This document shows, piece by piece, positions 13,093-25,258 of a stretch of 64,000 bases of DNA. The notes below the pieces were generated by a model. It saw only the letters and a list, made by a program, of their open reading frames with translations. It did not search any database and was not told the origin of the DNA. This stretch comes from an uncultured Gammaproteobacteria bacterium (GTDB lineage: Bacteria > Acidobacteriota > Terriglobia > Bryobacterales > Bryobacteraceae), in assembly GCA_963799935.1 (NCBI GenBank), contig CAWCZA010000023.1, positions 38,037-102,036 of the forward strand, read 5' to 3'. The position numbers and the translations under genes are program-made. How positions within the stretch are numbered: the stretch's first letter is position 1; the number at the start of each line of letters is the position of its first letter.

Positions 13093-13122
13093 TTGACAAT
13101 GTCGGGCGATGATTGCTATTTT
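13093..13122 (+). promoter_or_regulatory. Sigma70 promoter of the DUF1778-GNAT TA operon; probably gives a leaderless mRNA
   Basis: TTGACA (13093-98), 18-nt spacer, TGc-TATTTT (13114-22), ATG at 13130. Overlapping palindromes TGTC-TT-GACA and GACA-A-TGTC cover the -35. Confidence 0.65.
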
Positions 13123-13129
13123 CGGAAGT

Positions 13130-13420
13130 ATGCCGACACGGACAACGCGAAGCGAAAAACTCGACTTACGTCTCACTCGCGCCGCCAAAATCACTTTGCA
13201 GGCCGCAGCCGCCGTGGGGCATCGCTCGGTTAGCGAATTCGTCCTCGAAAGCGCGCTGGCGCGCGCGGACGAGACGTTAGCTGACCGGCGAACTTTCAGT
13301 CTTGACCCAATCCAATGGAAGGCATTCCTCGCCGCTCTCGATGCGCCGCCCCGGCCCTCGCCTAGACTAAGGCGATTGCTGAAAGAGCCCGGATTCTTTG
13401 ATGCCGGGACAAATGAGTGA
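13130..13420 (+). CDS. DUF1778 (RHH) antitoxin, TacA/AtaR-like
   Basis: RSEKLDLRL...SVSEFVL...FLAALDAPP pattern; directly upstream of a GNAT gene. Start re-called at ATG 13130. Confidence 0.9.
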   Translation: MPTRTTRSEKLDLRLTRAAKITLQAAAAVGHRSVSEFVLESALARADETLADRRTFSLDPIQWKAFLAALDAPPRPSPRLRRLLKEPGFFDAGTNE

Positions 13421-13922
13421 TGCCGGCCGTCGAATTGAAAAGCTTCGTCCGGATCACCCGGTCGAAGACTTTGACTGTGGCATCGAAGAACTTAATCGCT
13501 ATTTGCTCCGGTTTGCCTGGGTAAATCAGCAAGCAGGAGCGGCGCAGACTTATCTCGGACTTGTCGATGATGCCATCGTCGGCTATTACGCGCTCGCGGT
13601 CGGGCAAGTCAGTCTCGATGCGGCGCCTGAAAGGCTAACAAAGGGACTCGCGCGGCACCCCGTCCCGATTATGCTTCTCGCGCGTCTTGCCGTGGGCCGT
13701 CATCTACAAGGCCAAGGTATCGGTAAGGCGCTGCTGCGCGACGCACTGCGGCGCACCCTGCAGGCGGCCGACATCGCCGGAATCCGTGCATTTGCGGTGC
13801 ATGCAAAAAGTGAGAGGGCTCGCGAGTTCTACCAAATGTTTGACTTCACCCCATCGCCTACAGACCCGATGCACCTATTCGTTCTGCTCAAAGATGTACG
13901 GCGGCTTTTAGCAGGGAAGTAA
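13413..13922 (+). CDS. GNAT acetyltransferase toxin, TacT/AtaT-like
   Basis: FDCG, LARLAV, acetyl-CoA motif QGQGIG and FYQMFDF; overlaps the antitoxin gene. Confidence 0.9.
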   Translation: MSDAGRRIEKLRPDHPVEDFDCGIEELNRYLLRFAWVNQQAGAAQTYLGLVDDAIVGYYALAVGQVSLDAAPERLTKGLARHPVPIMLLARLAVGRHLQGQGIGKALLRDALRRTLQAADIAGIRAFAVHAKSERAREFYQMFDFTPSPTDPMHLFVLLKDVRRLLAGK

Positions 13923-13927
13923 GAATA

Positions 13928-13966
13928 GGCACGGGCGGCGAACCTGAATTTATCAGGAGCCGCGCC
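13928..13966 (+). terminator. GC-rich hairpin after the TA operon (possible terminator or REP-like element)
   Basis: GGCGGC..CCTGA-ATTTA-TCAGG..GCCGC; no U-tract. Confidence 0.3.
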
Positions 13967-14000
13967 TGGAAACACTATTGATCGGCCGCACACGTCTTAG

Positions 14001-16693
<2,693 letters not shown>

Positions 16694-16699
16694 TCAGAC

Positions 16700-17683
16700 A
16701 TGGCCGACATTTGGGACGCCATCGTGATCGGCGCGGGACCTACGGGTCTCGCGTGCGGCATCGAACTGAAGAAGCGCGGCTGCTCCGCGTTCATCGTCGA
16801 CAAGGGCTGCATCGTCAACTCGATCTATAACTACCCGACGAACCTCGTCTTCTTCACCACACCCGAGCTTCTCGAAATCGGTGACATTCCGATGACGAGC
16901 CTCAACGAGAAACCAAACCGCACCGAAGCGCTGAAGTATTACCGGCGCGTTGCCGATCACTTCAAGCTCGATGTTCATCAATACGAACAGGTCACTCGCA
17001 TCGGCGGTCACGACAATGCTTTTGAAATTGAAACAATTGATCGCCACGGTGTAGTAAGTTCGTATCCCGCGCGAAAGGTGGTGCTAGCCACCGGGTACTA
17101 CGATGTCGCCAATCGCCTCGGCGTTCCCGGCGAGGATTTACCGAAAGTACTGCACTACTACAAGGAGCCGCATCCGTACTATGGTCAGGACGTGCTCATC
17201 GTAGGCGCAAAGAACTCTGCTGCGATTGCCGCGCTTGATCTTTTCTGGACCGGCGCCCGAGTCACTCTGGTACATCGTGGTCCCGGAATCCACCATCACG
17301 TGAAATATTGGATTAAGCCGAATATTGAAAACCGGATAAAGAGCGGAGAGATCCCGGCTTACTTCAACTCCCAAATTGTTAGCATCACTAACCAAAATGT
17401 GAAACTCGAAACACCGCGCGGCCCAGTTTGTCTGCGCAACGACTTCGTGTTCGCATTAATCGGTTATCGGCCTGATCTAGAATTTTTGTCAGAGAACGGA
17501 ATCGAGCTCGAACCCGTCACGCTACGCCCGCGCACGAATCCCGAAACCCTTGAAAGTGAAAGGGATGGCGTATACCTTGCCGGCGTCATCGTTGCAGGGA
17601 TGCATACTAACGAGATTTTCATCGAAAACGGCCGGTTCCACGGTTTGAAAATCGCCGAATCCATTGCGTCGCTAACACACTAA
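16700..17683 (+). CDS. YpdA family FAD-dependent oxidoreductase (putative bacillithiol disulfide reductase type)
   Basis: IGAGPTG, DKGCIVNSIY, FFTTPELLEIG, EALKYYR and IENGRFHG motifs. Confidence 0.9.
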   Translation: MADIWDAIVIGAGPTGLACGIELKKRGCSAFIVDKGCIVNSIYNYPTNLVFFTTPELLEIGDIPMTSLNEKPNRTEALKYYRRVADHFKLDVHQYEQVTRIGGHDNAFEIETIDRHGVVSSYPARKVVLATGYYDVANRLGVPGEDLPKVLHYYKEPHPYYGQDVLIVGAKNSAAIAALDLFWTGARVTLVHRGPGIHHHVKYWIKPNIENRIKSGEIPAYFNSQIVSITNQNVKLETPRGPVCLRNDFVFALIGYRPDLEFLSENGIELEPVTLRPRTNPETLESERDGVYLAGVIVAGMHTNEIFIENGRFHGLKIAESIASLTH

Positions 17684-17764
17684 GGCGGCGTGAAATTTCG
17701 TTAACGATTTTTAAGTACTTTCTTGGCCCGCGCGTCGCGAAATCTCGCCATCATTAATAGAGCC

Positions 17765-17782
17765 CTGGCACGAAAACTGCAT
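17765..17782 (+). promoter_or_regulatory. Sigma54 (RpoN) -24/-12 promoter
   Basis: CTGGCACG-AAAA-CTGCAT with GG at 17767-68 and GC at 17779-80 (correct spacing); one mismatch to TGGCACG-N4-TTGCW. Confidence 0.75.
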
Positions 17783-17839
17783 ACTCTGAAACCTGAGTGC
17801 ATTGTTCTGTATCAAAGAACCAGGGGTAAGGAGAGACAT

Positions 17840-18085
17840 ATGTTGGACGCTTTTCTGAATTCAATTTTCGGGTGCAGCCATCGGAGAACCAGTTTTCCGT
17901 TGACGCCGTCCCGTCGTACCGGTTTGGGGGCAAGTAACTACTCGGGACAAAAGCGGAACTCAACGTACGTGGTTTGCCTCGATTGCGGGAAAGAGTTCGA
18001 TTACGACTGGAAGGACATGCGCGTCGGCGAGGCTGTGCGCAGCGTGAATCCCGCTCAAGGTGCTTCCGTCGCTGTCGTCGACTAG
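17840..18085 (+). CDS. Small Cys/His protein, putative zinc finger (FGCSH...VVCLDCG...YDW)
   Basis: SD AAGGAG at 17828-33 before ATG 17840; 81 aa with a CxH plus CxxC ligand set. Confidence 0.8.
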   Translation: MLDAFLNSIFGCSHRRTSFPLTPSRRTGLGASNYSGQKRNSTYVVCLDCGKEFDYDWKDMRVGEAVRSVNPAQGASVAVVD

Positions 18086-18183
18086 TCCGCTGTTCAGTTA
18101 AGTTCCGTAAGTGTCGCGCGACTCTGCTCGGCCTCACGTTGGCGATCGTGACTATAATTGAGCAGCCGTTGGTGGCGAGAAAT

Positions 18184-18396
18184 ATGCGATTCGCACCTAC
18201 TTTACAGCTCGTCGCGGGCGCTCTTTTTACGCTGGCTGCCTTGATGGAAATCTCACATGGAAGCAGCCCTGTTCGTTACGGCACCTCGATCGCATTCGCC
18301 GCGTTCTGGTTTTATATCGGTGCTAAGTCTAAGCGTCCATTTCAGCCATTCGATAGCGCTTCGAACACCCGTTCTCCGAGTTCGCGAACCGAATAA
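18184..18396 (+). CDS. Possible small two-helix membrane protein
   Basis: 70 aa with two hydrophobic stretches; 3' end overlaps the convergent kinase gene by 55 nt. Confidence 0.35.
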   Translation: MRFAPTLQLVAGALFTLAALMEISHGSSPVRYGTSIAFAAFWFYIGAKSKRPFQPFDSASNTRSPSSRTE

Positions 18397-20921
18397 GGCT
18401 TCTGAAGGAAGCCTGCTGGTTTGTCACTCGCGAAACGCTCCAGCGCCTCGCCTTCATCGTAGCCGCTGGTGAGTATCACCTTCATCTCCGGCCTCATCTC
18501 GCGAATGGCGCGAAGCGCCTGTTCACCCGACATCACCGGCATCGTCAGATCCAGCAGCACCAAAGAGATCTGGCCGTCCATCCGCCGCAACGCGTCAAGA
18601 GCATCGCGCCCGTTCTCGGTCAGCACCACCGAATAACCGAAGCGCTCCAGTGCCGCTTTCGTCGTCCGGCGCACCACTTCCTCGTCATCCACGACCATCA
18701 CGGTCCCGCTGCCTTTCAGGTTTCGATGAGCACCGGAATTTTCGCGCCGCACAGGTTGCGAACTGGCCGGAAACAAGAGGCGGAAACACGTTCCCTTGCC
18801 GAGCGCGCTTTCCACAGATATCGAGCCCTTATGACCCTGCAGCGCCCCGAGTGTCGCAGCCAGTCCCAACCCCCTTCCCGTAAATTTCGTGGTGAAGAAG
18901 GGGTCGAAAATGCGGGCTTGTGTTGCTTGATCCATCCCGATGCCGTTATCGCGGACTTCCAGCATCACGAAGTGATCGACCGCTTCGGGAGGCGGCCGGA
19001 AGTGGCCTTCGCGAAGGACTTGTGGGCCGGTGCTGGAGAGACTGACCGTTACTGCGCCCGCCGTGTCGAGAGGAATCGCTTCGGCCGCGTTGATCACCAG
19101 ATTCATCACCATCGACTGGATCTGCGCCGGGTCGGCGATGATGTTGGGCAGATCGCGGGGCAGATCCAGAACCAGCTCGACGCGTCTTGAGACCGAGAGC
19201 CGCACCAGCGATTGCACCTCGGTCACGACATCCGATAGATTTACTGGCTCCATATAGAACTGACTCTTACCGGCATAAGTGAGTAGCTGGCGAGTCAGTT
19301 CGGCGGCCCTTTCGCTGGCAATAATCACGTCCGAAAGCGGTCCCTGAAGGTCCGTCTCCTCGGGCAGCAGCTCCAGCACCAGGCTGGCATTTCCGAGAAT
19401 GCCGGTCAGCAGATTATTGAAGTCGTGCGCGACACCCCCGGCCATCACTCCCAGACTCTCCAGCTTGGCCGCTTGCCGCATACCCAGCTCCACGGCTTTT
19501 CGCATCGTGGTTTCTTCGCACACGCCGCCTGCGCCCACAACGTCCGTCCCGGCGAGAATTGGAAAGATATTGAAGGTCCACGATCGTTCGCGACCCGGCT
19601 GTGCGGGCGTGAACCCGGTAACCTCCACACCCAGCAGCGAGCGGCCTGACGAAACCACTTCGTGCAGACTATTGACGACTGCCGCGTCCATCTCCGGAAG
19701 CAGTTCCGCGATGGTCTTCCCGATATGCTGCTCCGCCGGTACCCCGTTCATATCGGCCAACGCGCGGTTCACCCGAATAAAACGCAACTCGCGATCCCAC
19801 AAGCCCAAACCGATCGGCGCGTTCTCGAAGACCGCGTCGAGCAGCGCCCGCGCTTCCTGCACTTCGCCCTTGAGCCGCGAGCGCTCGAATTCCGCCTCTT
19901 TCTCGTCCGTTACATCGGTGAAGAAAACGGCGGTCCCTCGATCGGCGGCAAGGCTGACGCGCATCGACAACCATTTACCCAGCAATGGCAAATAGCGCTC
20001 GGCCGTCACGGCGCGATCTCTAGTCTCGCCCGGGTTCCGGGCATCCGCCACAAGGCTTTCCAGACTACCTTCGAAGACGGCGGCAGCGGACGTGCCGGAA
20101 TGCTGTTGCGGACGGATTCCCAACAGCCGGCTGGCCGCCGGGTTGATGTACGTGAGCCCGCCCTTTGGGTCGAAAGCGCAAAAGCCATCCTGAATGCTCT
20201 CCAGAATGTTGGTTCTGTCTTTCAACTCCTGCCCTAGCCGCTCATTCAGTACTCGGATCGCGGTCTCATCAGCCTCGCGGCGCTCTCCGTCACGATGAAG
20301 CATCGTGCCCGCTGCGATCAGGAAAATCAAGAGAACGACATCGCCGATGCTGCTTACAATGAAGCTCTGCCGCGCCCGGCGTCCGGCACTTCGAATCTCG
20401 GTCTCGAAACGCTCCTGTCCGAATTCTCGTAATCTCGAAAGCCGATCGATCAGTTCTTTCATCGAACTGTCGCCTTCGCCTGTCTCCACGATGCCCAACG
20501 CCGCGGAAGCGTGACCGGAGCGATACAACTCGACCGTCCTACGCATTTCCTCCAATTTCACTTGGACGACTTTGGCCATCTCACTGACCTGCTGCGATTC
20601 CTGAGGATCTTTCGCTACGGCGTTCGCCAAGTCGCCGGTGTACTTCTCGACATTCTTCGTGCTCGGGCCAAAACTAGAAAGATACGCAAGGTGTCCAGTC
20701 AGCAGATAGCCGCGCTGCGATGACTCGGCCCGCCGTAAGTCCTCGCGCAGGTTCGCAGCGATGCGTAGAACCAGGCGGGTTTGCTCGAGCTGCGCGCTTT
20801 GTTGCTCGTAGGCTCTGAGACTGAGGTAACTGAGGGTTGCGCTTACCAGAATGATGGGGAGCGCCAAAAGCGGCAGGAGAATTGGACGAGGGAATCTCGT
20901 CGCGTTCACATCCCTCAGCAT
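18342..20921 (-). CDS. Hybrid sensor histidine kinase (TM-CHASE3-TM, PAS x2, HisKA, HATPase, receiver)
   Basis: AESSQRGYLLTG (CHASE3), GVAHDFNNLL (H-box), DPFFTTKFTGRGLGL, LLDLTMP receiver. Confidence 0.93.
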   Translation of the reverse strand: MLRDVNATRFPRPILLPLLALPIILVSATLSYLSLRAYEQQSAQLEQTRLVLRIAANLREDLRRAESSQRGYLLTGHLAYLSSFGPSTKNVEKYTGDLANAVAKDPQESQQVSEMAKVVQVKLEEMRRTVELYRSGHASAALGIVETGEGDSSMKELIDRLSRLREFGQERFETEIRSAGRRARQSFIVSSIGDVVLLIFLIAAGTMLHRDGERREADETAIRVLNERLGQELKDRTNILESIQDGFCAFDPKGGLTYINPAASRLLGIRPQQHSGTSAAAVFEGSLESLVADARNPGETRDRAVTAERYLPLLGKWLSMRVSLAADRGTAVFFTDVTDEKEAEFERSRLKGEVQEARALLDAVFENAPIGLGLWDRELRFIRVNRALADMNGVPAEQHIGKTIAELLPEMDAAVVNSLHEVVSSGRSLLGVEVTGFTPAQPGRERSWTFNIFPILAGTDVVGAGGVCEETTMRKAVELGMRQAAKLESLGVMAGGVAHDFNNLLTGILGNASLVLELLPEETDLQGPLSDVIIASERAAELTRQLLTYAGKSQFYMEPVNLSDVVTEVQSLVRLSVSRRVELVLDLPRDLPNIIADPAQIQSMVMNLVINAAEAIPLDTAGAVTVSLSSTGPQVLREGHFRPPPEAVDHFVMLEVRDNGIGMDQATQARIFDPFFTTKFTGRGLGLAATLGALQGHKGSISVESALGKGTCFRLLFPASSQPVRRENSGAHRNLKGSGTVMVVDDEEVVRRTTKAALERFGYSVVLTENGRDALDALRRMDGQISLVLLDLTMPVMSGEQALRAIREMRPEMKVILTSGYDEGEALERFASDKPAGFLQKPYSVRELGERVFEALSNG

Positions 20922-20928
20922 ACGATGG

Positions 20929-22152
20929 TCACCTTACTCCCCGCTCCGGGCCAAGATCACGGATTACGGCTTCGGCGGCGCGCCGTCCGCAATGCATCGC
21001 TCCGTTCAGTGATGCGTTCTCGCGGTGATCGCCGCAGATATAAAGTCCGCGTTGCAATTTCACGCTCCGCTCAGGCGGTTCCAATGCCGCAGGATCCTGG
21101 TTCGGTTGTGCATGCCGGATCTCGTATCGCCGGATCAATTCCCATGTGAGCGCCTCCGCCCCGAACCACGAATTCATTTGCGCACGCACATCGGTCTCCG
21201 AGTGATTGGCCGCCGTTTCCAGCACAGTGGCGGAGATCAGGACGGAATCTCTCTGTCCGTACGAAGGCGCCACGTTCGTCATGACCGTGCAATTATTGAC
21301 CGGACCCGTGCCATCCCCGTTAAGAATGATCACCGGATCGTCGAGTGGCGCGCTTCGCGCCGCGAAGTAGTAACACGAGACCGCGCGGGCACCCGCCATC
21401 GGTTCAGCGCCGAGCAGTCGGGCCGCCTGCGGTTCCTCTGTCGCGATCACTATAGCCGCGGCTTTCACATCCTCAAGACGCTCCACCGGCCGGTTCAGTT
21501 CTACGGTGCCGGGCGGCAAGCCATTGGCGATCTGCCGCGGAATCGCCTCCATGCCTTCGTGCGGCACGGTTATCTCTCCATCCGCCAGCATCCGGAAGAC
21601 AAAATCAAACATGCGGCTCGACGTCCGCAACTCCGGTTCAAGAAAAATACCGCCGAAGAACGGACGAAAAAAGCGGTCGATCATGGCCGCGCTGAACCCG
21701 TTCGCAGCCAGGCGTTCGCGCGTGGAGACTGAGCGTCGCTCGAATAGCTCCGGGATCGTATACTGCGCCAGCGACGCGCGAAGACGCGCGATTCGAAACT
21801 TGTCGGCGAGCGAACCGATTGGGGAAACCAATGTTGGAATGGCCGCTTCCGGGGCGCGCCACGGATCCGCCACGCGATGGAAACGGCCGTTGAACCGCAC
21901 CAATGCGCCTGGGTAGAAGCGCTTGAGCTGGAGCTTGTCATAATCCAACACGCGGCGGCACTCCGGGTACGCCGTGAGAAGCACCTGAAAGCCGCGGTCC
22001 AGCAGGAATCCGCCTACGTGATCCGTTCGCACACGCCCGCCAACGGCATCGGACGCTTCGAGCACGGAGACCGACAGACCTGCGGCGGCCAGTTCACGCG
22101 CGCAACAAAGTCCCGCTAAACCAGCTCCGATGACAACGACGTCCGCGCTCAT
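20929..22152 (-). CDS. FAD-dependent oxidoreductase (flavin amine oxidase / protoporphyrinogen oxidase-like)
   Basis: IGAGLAG, GGRVRTD, LLDRGFQV, C-terminal CGDH...GAMHCG. Confidence 0.88.
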   Translation of the reverse strand: MSADVVVIGAGLAGLCCARELAAAGLSVSVLEASDAVGGRVRTDHVGGFLLDRGFQVLLTAYPECRRVLDYDKLQLKRFYPGALVRFNGRFHRVADPWRAPEAAIPTLVSPIGSLADKFRIARLRASLAQYTIPELFERRSVSTRERLAANGFSAAMIDRFFRPFFGGIFLEPELRTSSRMFDFVFRMLADGEITVPHEGMEAIPRQIANGLPPGTVELNRPVERLEDVKAAAIVIATEEPQAARLLGAEPMAGARAVSCYYFAARSAPLDDPVIILNGDGTGPVNNCTVMTNVAPSYGQRDSVLISATVLETAANHSETDVRAQMNSWFGAEALTWELIRRYEIRHAQPNQDPAALEPPERSVKLQRGLYICGDHRENASLNGAMHCGRRAAEAVIRDLGPERGVR

Positions 22153-22484
22153 GCGTCGGTGGGAGCAGGCTCAATAGGCATGGAGTCTTGCGCCAGAATT
22201 TCGACCGAGTTGCCGCCAGGGTCCTGAACATAGCAGGAACGCGTGCCGTCGCGATGCAGCTTCAGCGCGCCGAAGCGCTCGGCCTCACTGCTCACCAGAC
22301 CGATGTGCGGCGGATGTTGTTCAGGAATGACCAAGGCAAGCCGGACATTGGCAAAGGCCAGTAAGGCCCACGTGTCGTCCTGATAGCGTACGTCGCACTG
22401 AAAGGTGCGCGTGTACCAATCCACCGAGTCTTTGATGTTCTTTACGGGTACCGCTACGTGGTCGATCGCGTCCAGCCGGGCCAT
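22149..22484 (-). CDS. VOC/glyoxalase family protein
   Basis: IDHVAV...WY...PPHIG...DPGGNSVE pattern. Confidence 0.85.
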   Translation of the reverse strand: MARLDAIDHVAVPVKNIKDSVDWYTRTFQCDVRYQDDTWALLAFANVRLALVIPEQHPPHIGLVSSEAERFGALKLHRDGTRSCYVQDPGGNSVEILAQDSMPIEPAPTDA

Positions 22485-22537
22485 GCGTCCATTATGCGAC
22501 TCACCCTGCTTCCCACCTTGCTAGCATGGCGGTAATC

Positions 22538-25258
22538 ATGAGCGAATCCCGTCGCAGCTTTCTCCGGCAAACGGCTTTGGCCGCCGGTCTCGCACCGCTT
22601 GCCGATGTTCCGCTGGCGGACGCCCAGACTGCCCATCATGCGACACATACGCAACCTTCGGCCATTTCACCGAATACTCCGGCTGCGGGCGGCATCGCCT
22701 ACCCGCGGGTCTTCGAAGGCCGGCAACTCGCCATGATCGGATTTCCACTCGGCGGCGTCGGTGCCGGCAGCATCAGTCTAGGCGGCCGCGGCCAGCTGCG
22801 CGACTGGGAAATCTTCAACCGGCCCAGTAAAGGTTATGCGCCGTCGTATGCGTTCCCCTCAATTCGCGTGGAATCCCTCAAAGACAACCACGCCGTGTCG
22901 CGCGTTCTCGAAAGCCGCATTCTGCCGCCCTATGAAGGGCAGGACGGCCTCGGCGCTTCCAATGTGCCCGGACTCCCTCGTCTGGAGGCGGCTCGATTCA
23001 CCGGCGAGTTTCCGCTCGCCCACATCGATTTCGAAGATCGCACGCTGCCGGTGAGCGTCTCTCTGGATGCCTTCACGCCCTTCATTCCGCACAACGCGGA
23101 CGATTCCGGATTGCCTGTCGCGATTCTTCGTTACACCGTTCGCAATCCCGGTCCGGCCAGCGCGCGCGTATCGATCGCGTGGTCGGTGAATAACACGGTT
23201 CACGCGAACGATCATCGCCGCGGTGTTCCCGAGACGGCGCCTGACGACGGCCGAGTTAATACGTTCCTTACTGAAGGCCGGCTCGCCGGGATCACGATGA
23301 GCAACCCTAAACTCCCGGCGAATCATCCTTGGCACGGTACGTTCGTGCTCGGCACCCTCGACGCTTCCGAAACGGAGCTGAGTCGATTGACGGGTTGGCC
23401 GCGGGGCGCGTTCTGGAATTCCGCGCTGCTCTTTTGGGATCAGTTTTCGGCTGCCGGTCAACTCGGCGAAACCACACCGGTCACCAGTCCGGTCGGCTCG
23501 CTTTGCATCTCCCGCGAACTGGATGCTGGGGCGTCGGAGCAGTATACGTTCCTCATGGCCTGGCATTTCCCCAATCGCACTCCGGATCTCTGCGGATGGG
23601 AATCGCCGCCCGGCTTAGGCGGGACGGTCATCGGTAATTGGTACTCCCAGCACTTCAGAGATGCATGGGAGGCGGCGGTGTATACGGTGCAGAACCTCGA
23701 GCGGCTGGAGAAGTCTACGCGCGCGTTCGCCTCGGCAATCCGCGAAAGCGATCTTCCCGCCGCGGTGAAAGACGCCGCGACTGCCAATCTATCGACGCTA
23801 GTGTCGACCACCTGCTTCCGTACTTCGGACGGCGAATTTCATGCCTTCGAAGGTTCCGAAGACAATCGCGGCTCCTGCTTCGGCAATTGCGCCCACGTAT
23901 GGAGTTACGAAACGGCAACCGCGTTCCTCTTTCCATCGTTCGCGCACTCCATGCGACGCGCCGCGTTCGGCGATCAGATGGATGAGAACGGCGCCATCCA
24001 CTTCCGGCAGCGGCTTCCTGAAAACGGAGAGCGTTTTCCGTGGGCAGCGGCCGATGGGCAGATGGGTCACATCATCCACGCCTATCTCGATTGGAAGCTC
24101 TCGGGCGATGCGCTCGCACTGAACCCGCTTTGGCCGAAGATCAAGAAAGCCATCGAGTTCGCCTGGACACCGGGAAGCTGGGACGCTAATCGCGACGGCG
24201 TCATGGAAGGCGCGCAGCACAACACCTACGACGTCGAGTTCTACGGCCCGAATCCTCTCTGCGGGATTTACTATTTGGCAGGTTTGCGAGCGGCGGAAGA
24301 GATGGGCCGCTTCGTGGGCGACAACCATTCTGCCGACGAGTATCGCCGCCTGTTTGATGCCGGGAGCAAATGGATCGACGCCAACCTGTTCAACGGAGAA
24401 TTCTATTTCCAGGACATTCAGGGCGTGGCGCCGGACCACATCGCGCCTGTAACGCGCACCGGCTTCGGCGGCTACGATCCCAGAGTGCCCGAGTTCCAGG
24501 TGGGCCATGGCTGTTTGGTGGATCAACTCAACGGGCAGTATCTCGCGCAGATCGCCGGACTCGGGCCCTTGCTCGATCCGGCCCACGTACACACCGCGCT
24601 GCAGTCGATCTACCGGTACAACTACAAGCGTTCACTAGCGGATCACGACTGCATCCAACGCGCGTTCGCGCTCAATGATGAGAAGGCGCTGGTGATCTGC
24701 GACTACGGCAAGAACCCGCGCCCCCGCATTCCGTTCCCCTATTACGGCGAAGTGATGACCGGGTTCGAATACGCGACTTCGGCCCATATGATCAGCGTGG
24801 GAATGGTTCGGGAAGGCGTCGAGTGCATCGGAAACATACGCGCGCGATTCGACGGAGAGAAACGGAACCCGTGGGATGAATCCGAAGCGGGACATCATTA
24901 CGCGCGGGCCATGGCGTCGTGGTCCGCGGTGGTGGCTCTCGCCGGTTTCCACTACGACGGCGCAAAATCGGCCGTGCGGGTCGAGCCGCTGGTTACGGCC
25001 GGACCGAGCTTCCGGTGCTTCTGGTCCAACGGAACCGGCTGGGGCACTTATACGCTGAGCGGTGGAACGCTTGCCGTGCGCGTGATAAGCGGGCATCTCG
25101 CCTGTGCCTCCTGCGAATTTCCAGGCACCGGCGGTTTGTCGAGTGCCGCGATGGGCGGCGCGCCAGTCCCTCACTCGCTTGAAGGGCGGGCATTCCGTTT
25201 CGATCCTCCGCTCGAGATCAAGGAAGCGGGGGAGCTTCGTCTCGCGCTTCACGGATGA
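22538..25258 (+). CDS. Tat-exported GH116 glycoside hydrolase (non-lysosomal glucosylceramidase-like)
   Basis: Twin-Arg signal SRRSFL; PLGGVGAGSI, EFPLA, CAHVWSYE, ADGQMG and NTYDVEF motifs. Alternative start at 22526. Confidence 0.88.
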   Translation: MSESRRSFLRQTALAAGLAPLADVPLADAQTAHHATHTQPSAISPNTPAAGGIAYPRVFEGRQLAMIGFPLGGVGAGSISLGGRGQLRDWEIFNRPSKGYAPSYAFPSIRVESLKDNHAVSRVLESRILPPYEGQDGLGASNVPGLPRLEAARFTGEFPLAHIDFEDRTLPVSVSLDAFTPFIPHNADDSGLPVAILRYTVRNPGPASARVSIAWSVNNTVHANDHRRGVPETAPDDGRVNTFLTEGRLAGITMSNPKLPANHPWHGTFVLGTLDASETELSRLTGWPRGAFWNSALLFWDQFSAAGQLGETTPVTSPVGSLCISRELDAGASEQYTFLMAWHFPNRTPDLCGWESPPGLGGTVIGNWYSQHFRDAWEAAVYTVQNLERLEKSTRAFASAIRESDLPAAVKDAATANLSTLVSTTCFRTSDGEFHAFEGSEDNRGSCFGNCAHVWSYETATAFLFPSFAHSMRRAAFGDQMDENGAIHFRQRLPENGERFPWAAADGQMGHIIHAYLDWKLSGDALALNPLWPKIKKAIEFAWTPGSWDANRDGVMEGAQHNTYDVEFYGPNPLCGIYYLAGLRAAEEMGRFVGDNHSADEYRRLFDAGSKWIDANLFNGEFYFQDIQGVAPDHIAPVTRTGFGGYDPRVPEFQVGHGCLVDQLNGQYLAQIAGLGPLLDPAHVHTALQSIYRYNYKRSLADHDCIQRAFALNDEKALVICDYGKNPRPRIPFPYYGEVMTGFEYATSAHMISVGMVREGVECIGNIRARFDGEKRNPWDESEAGHHYARAMASWSAVVALAGFHYDGAKSAVRVEPLVTAGPSFRCFWSNGTGWGTYTLSGGTLAVRVISGHLACASCEFPGTGGLSSAAMGGAPVPHSLEGRAFRFDPPLEIKEAGELRLALHG

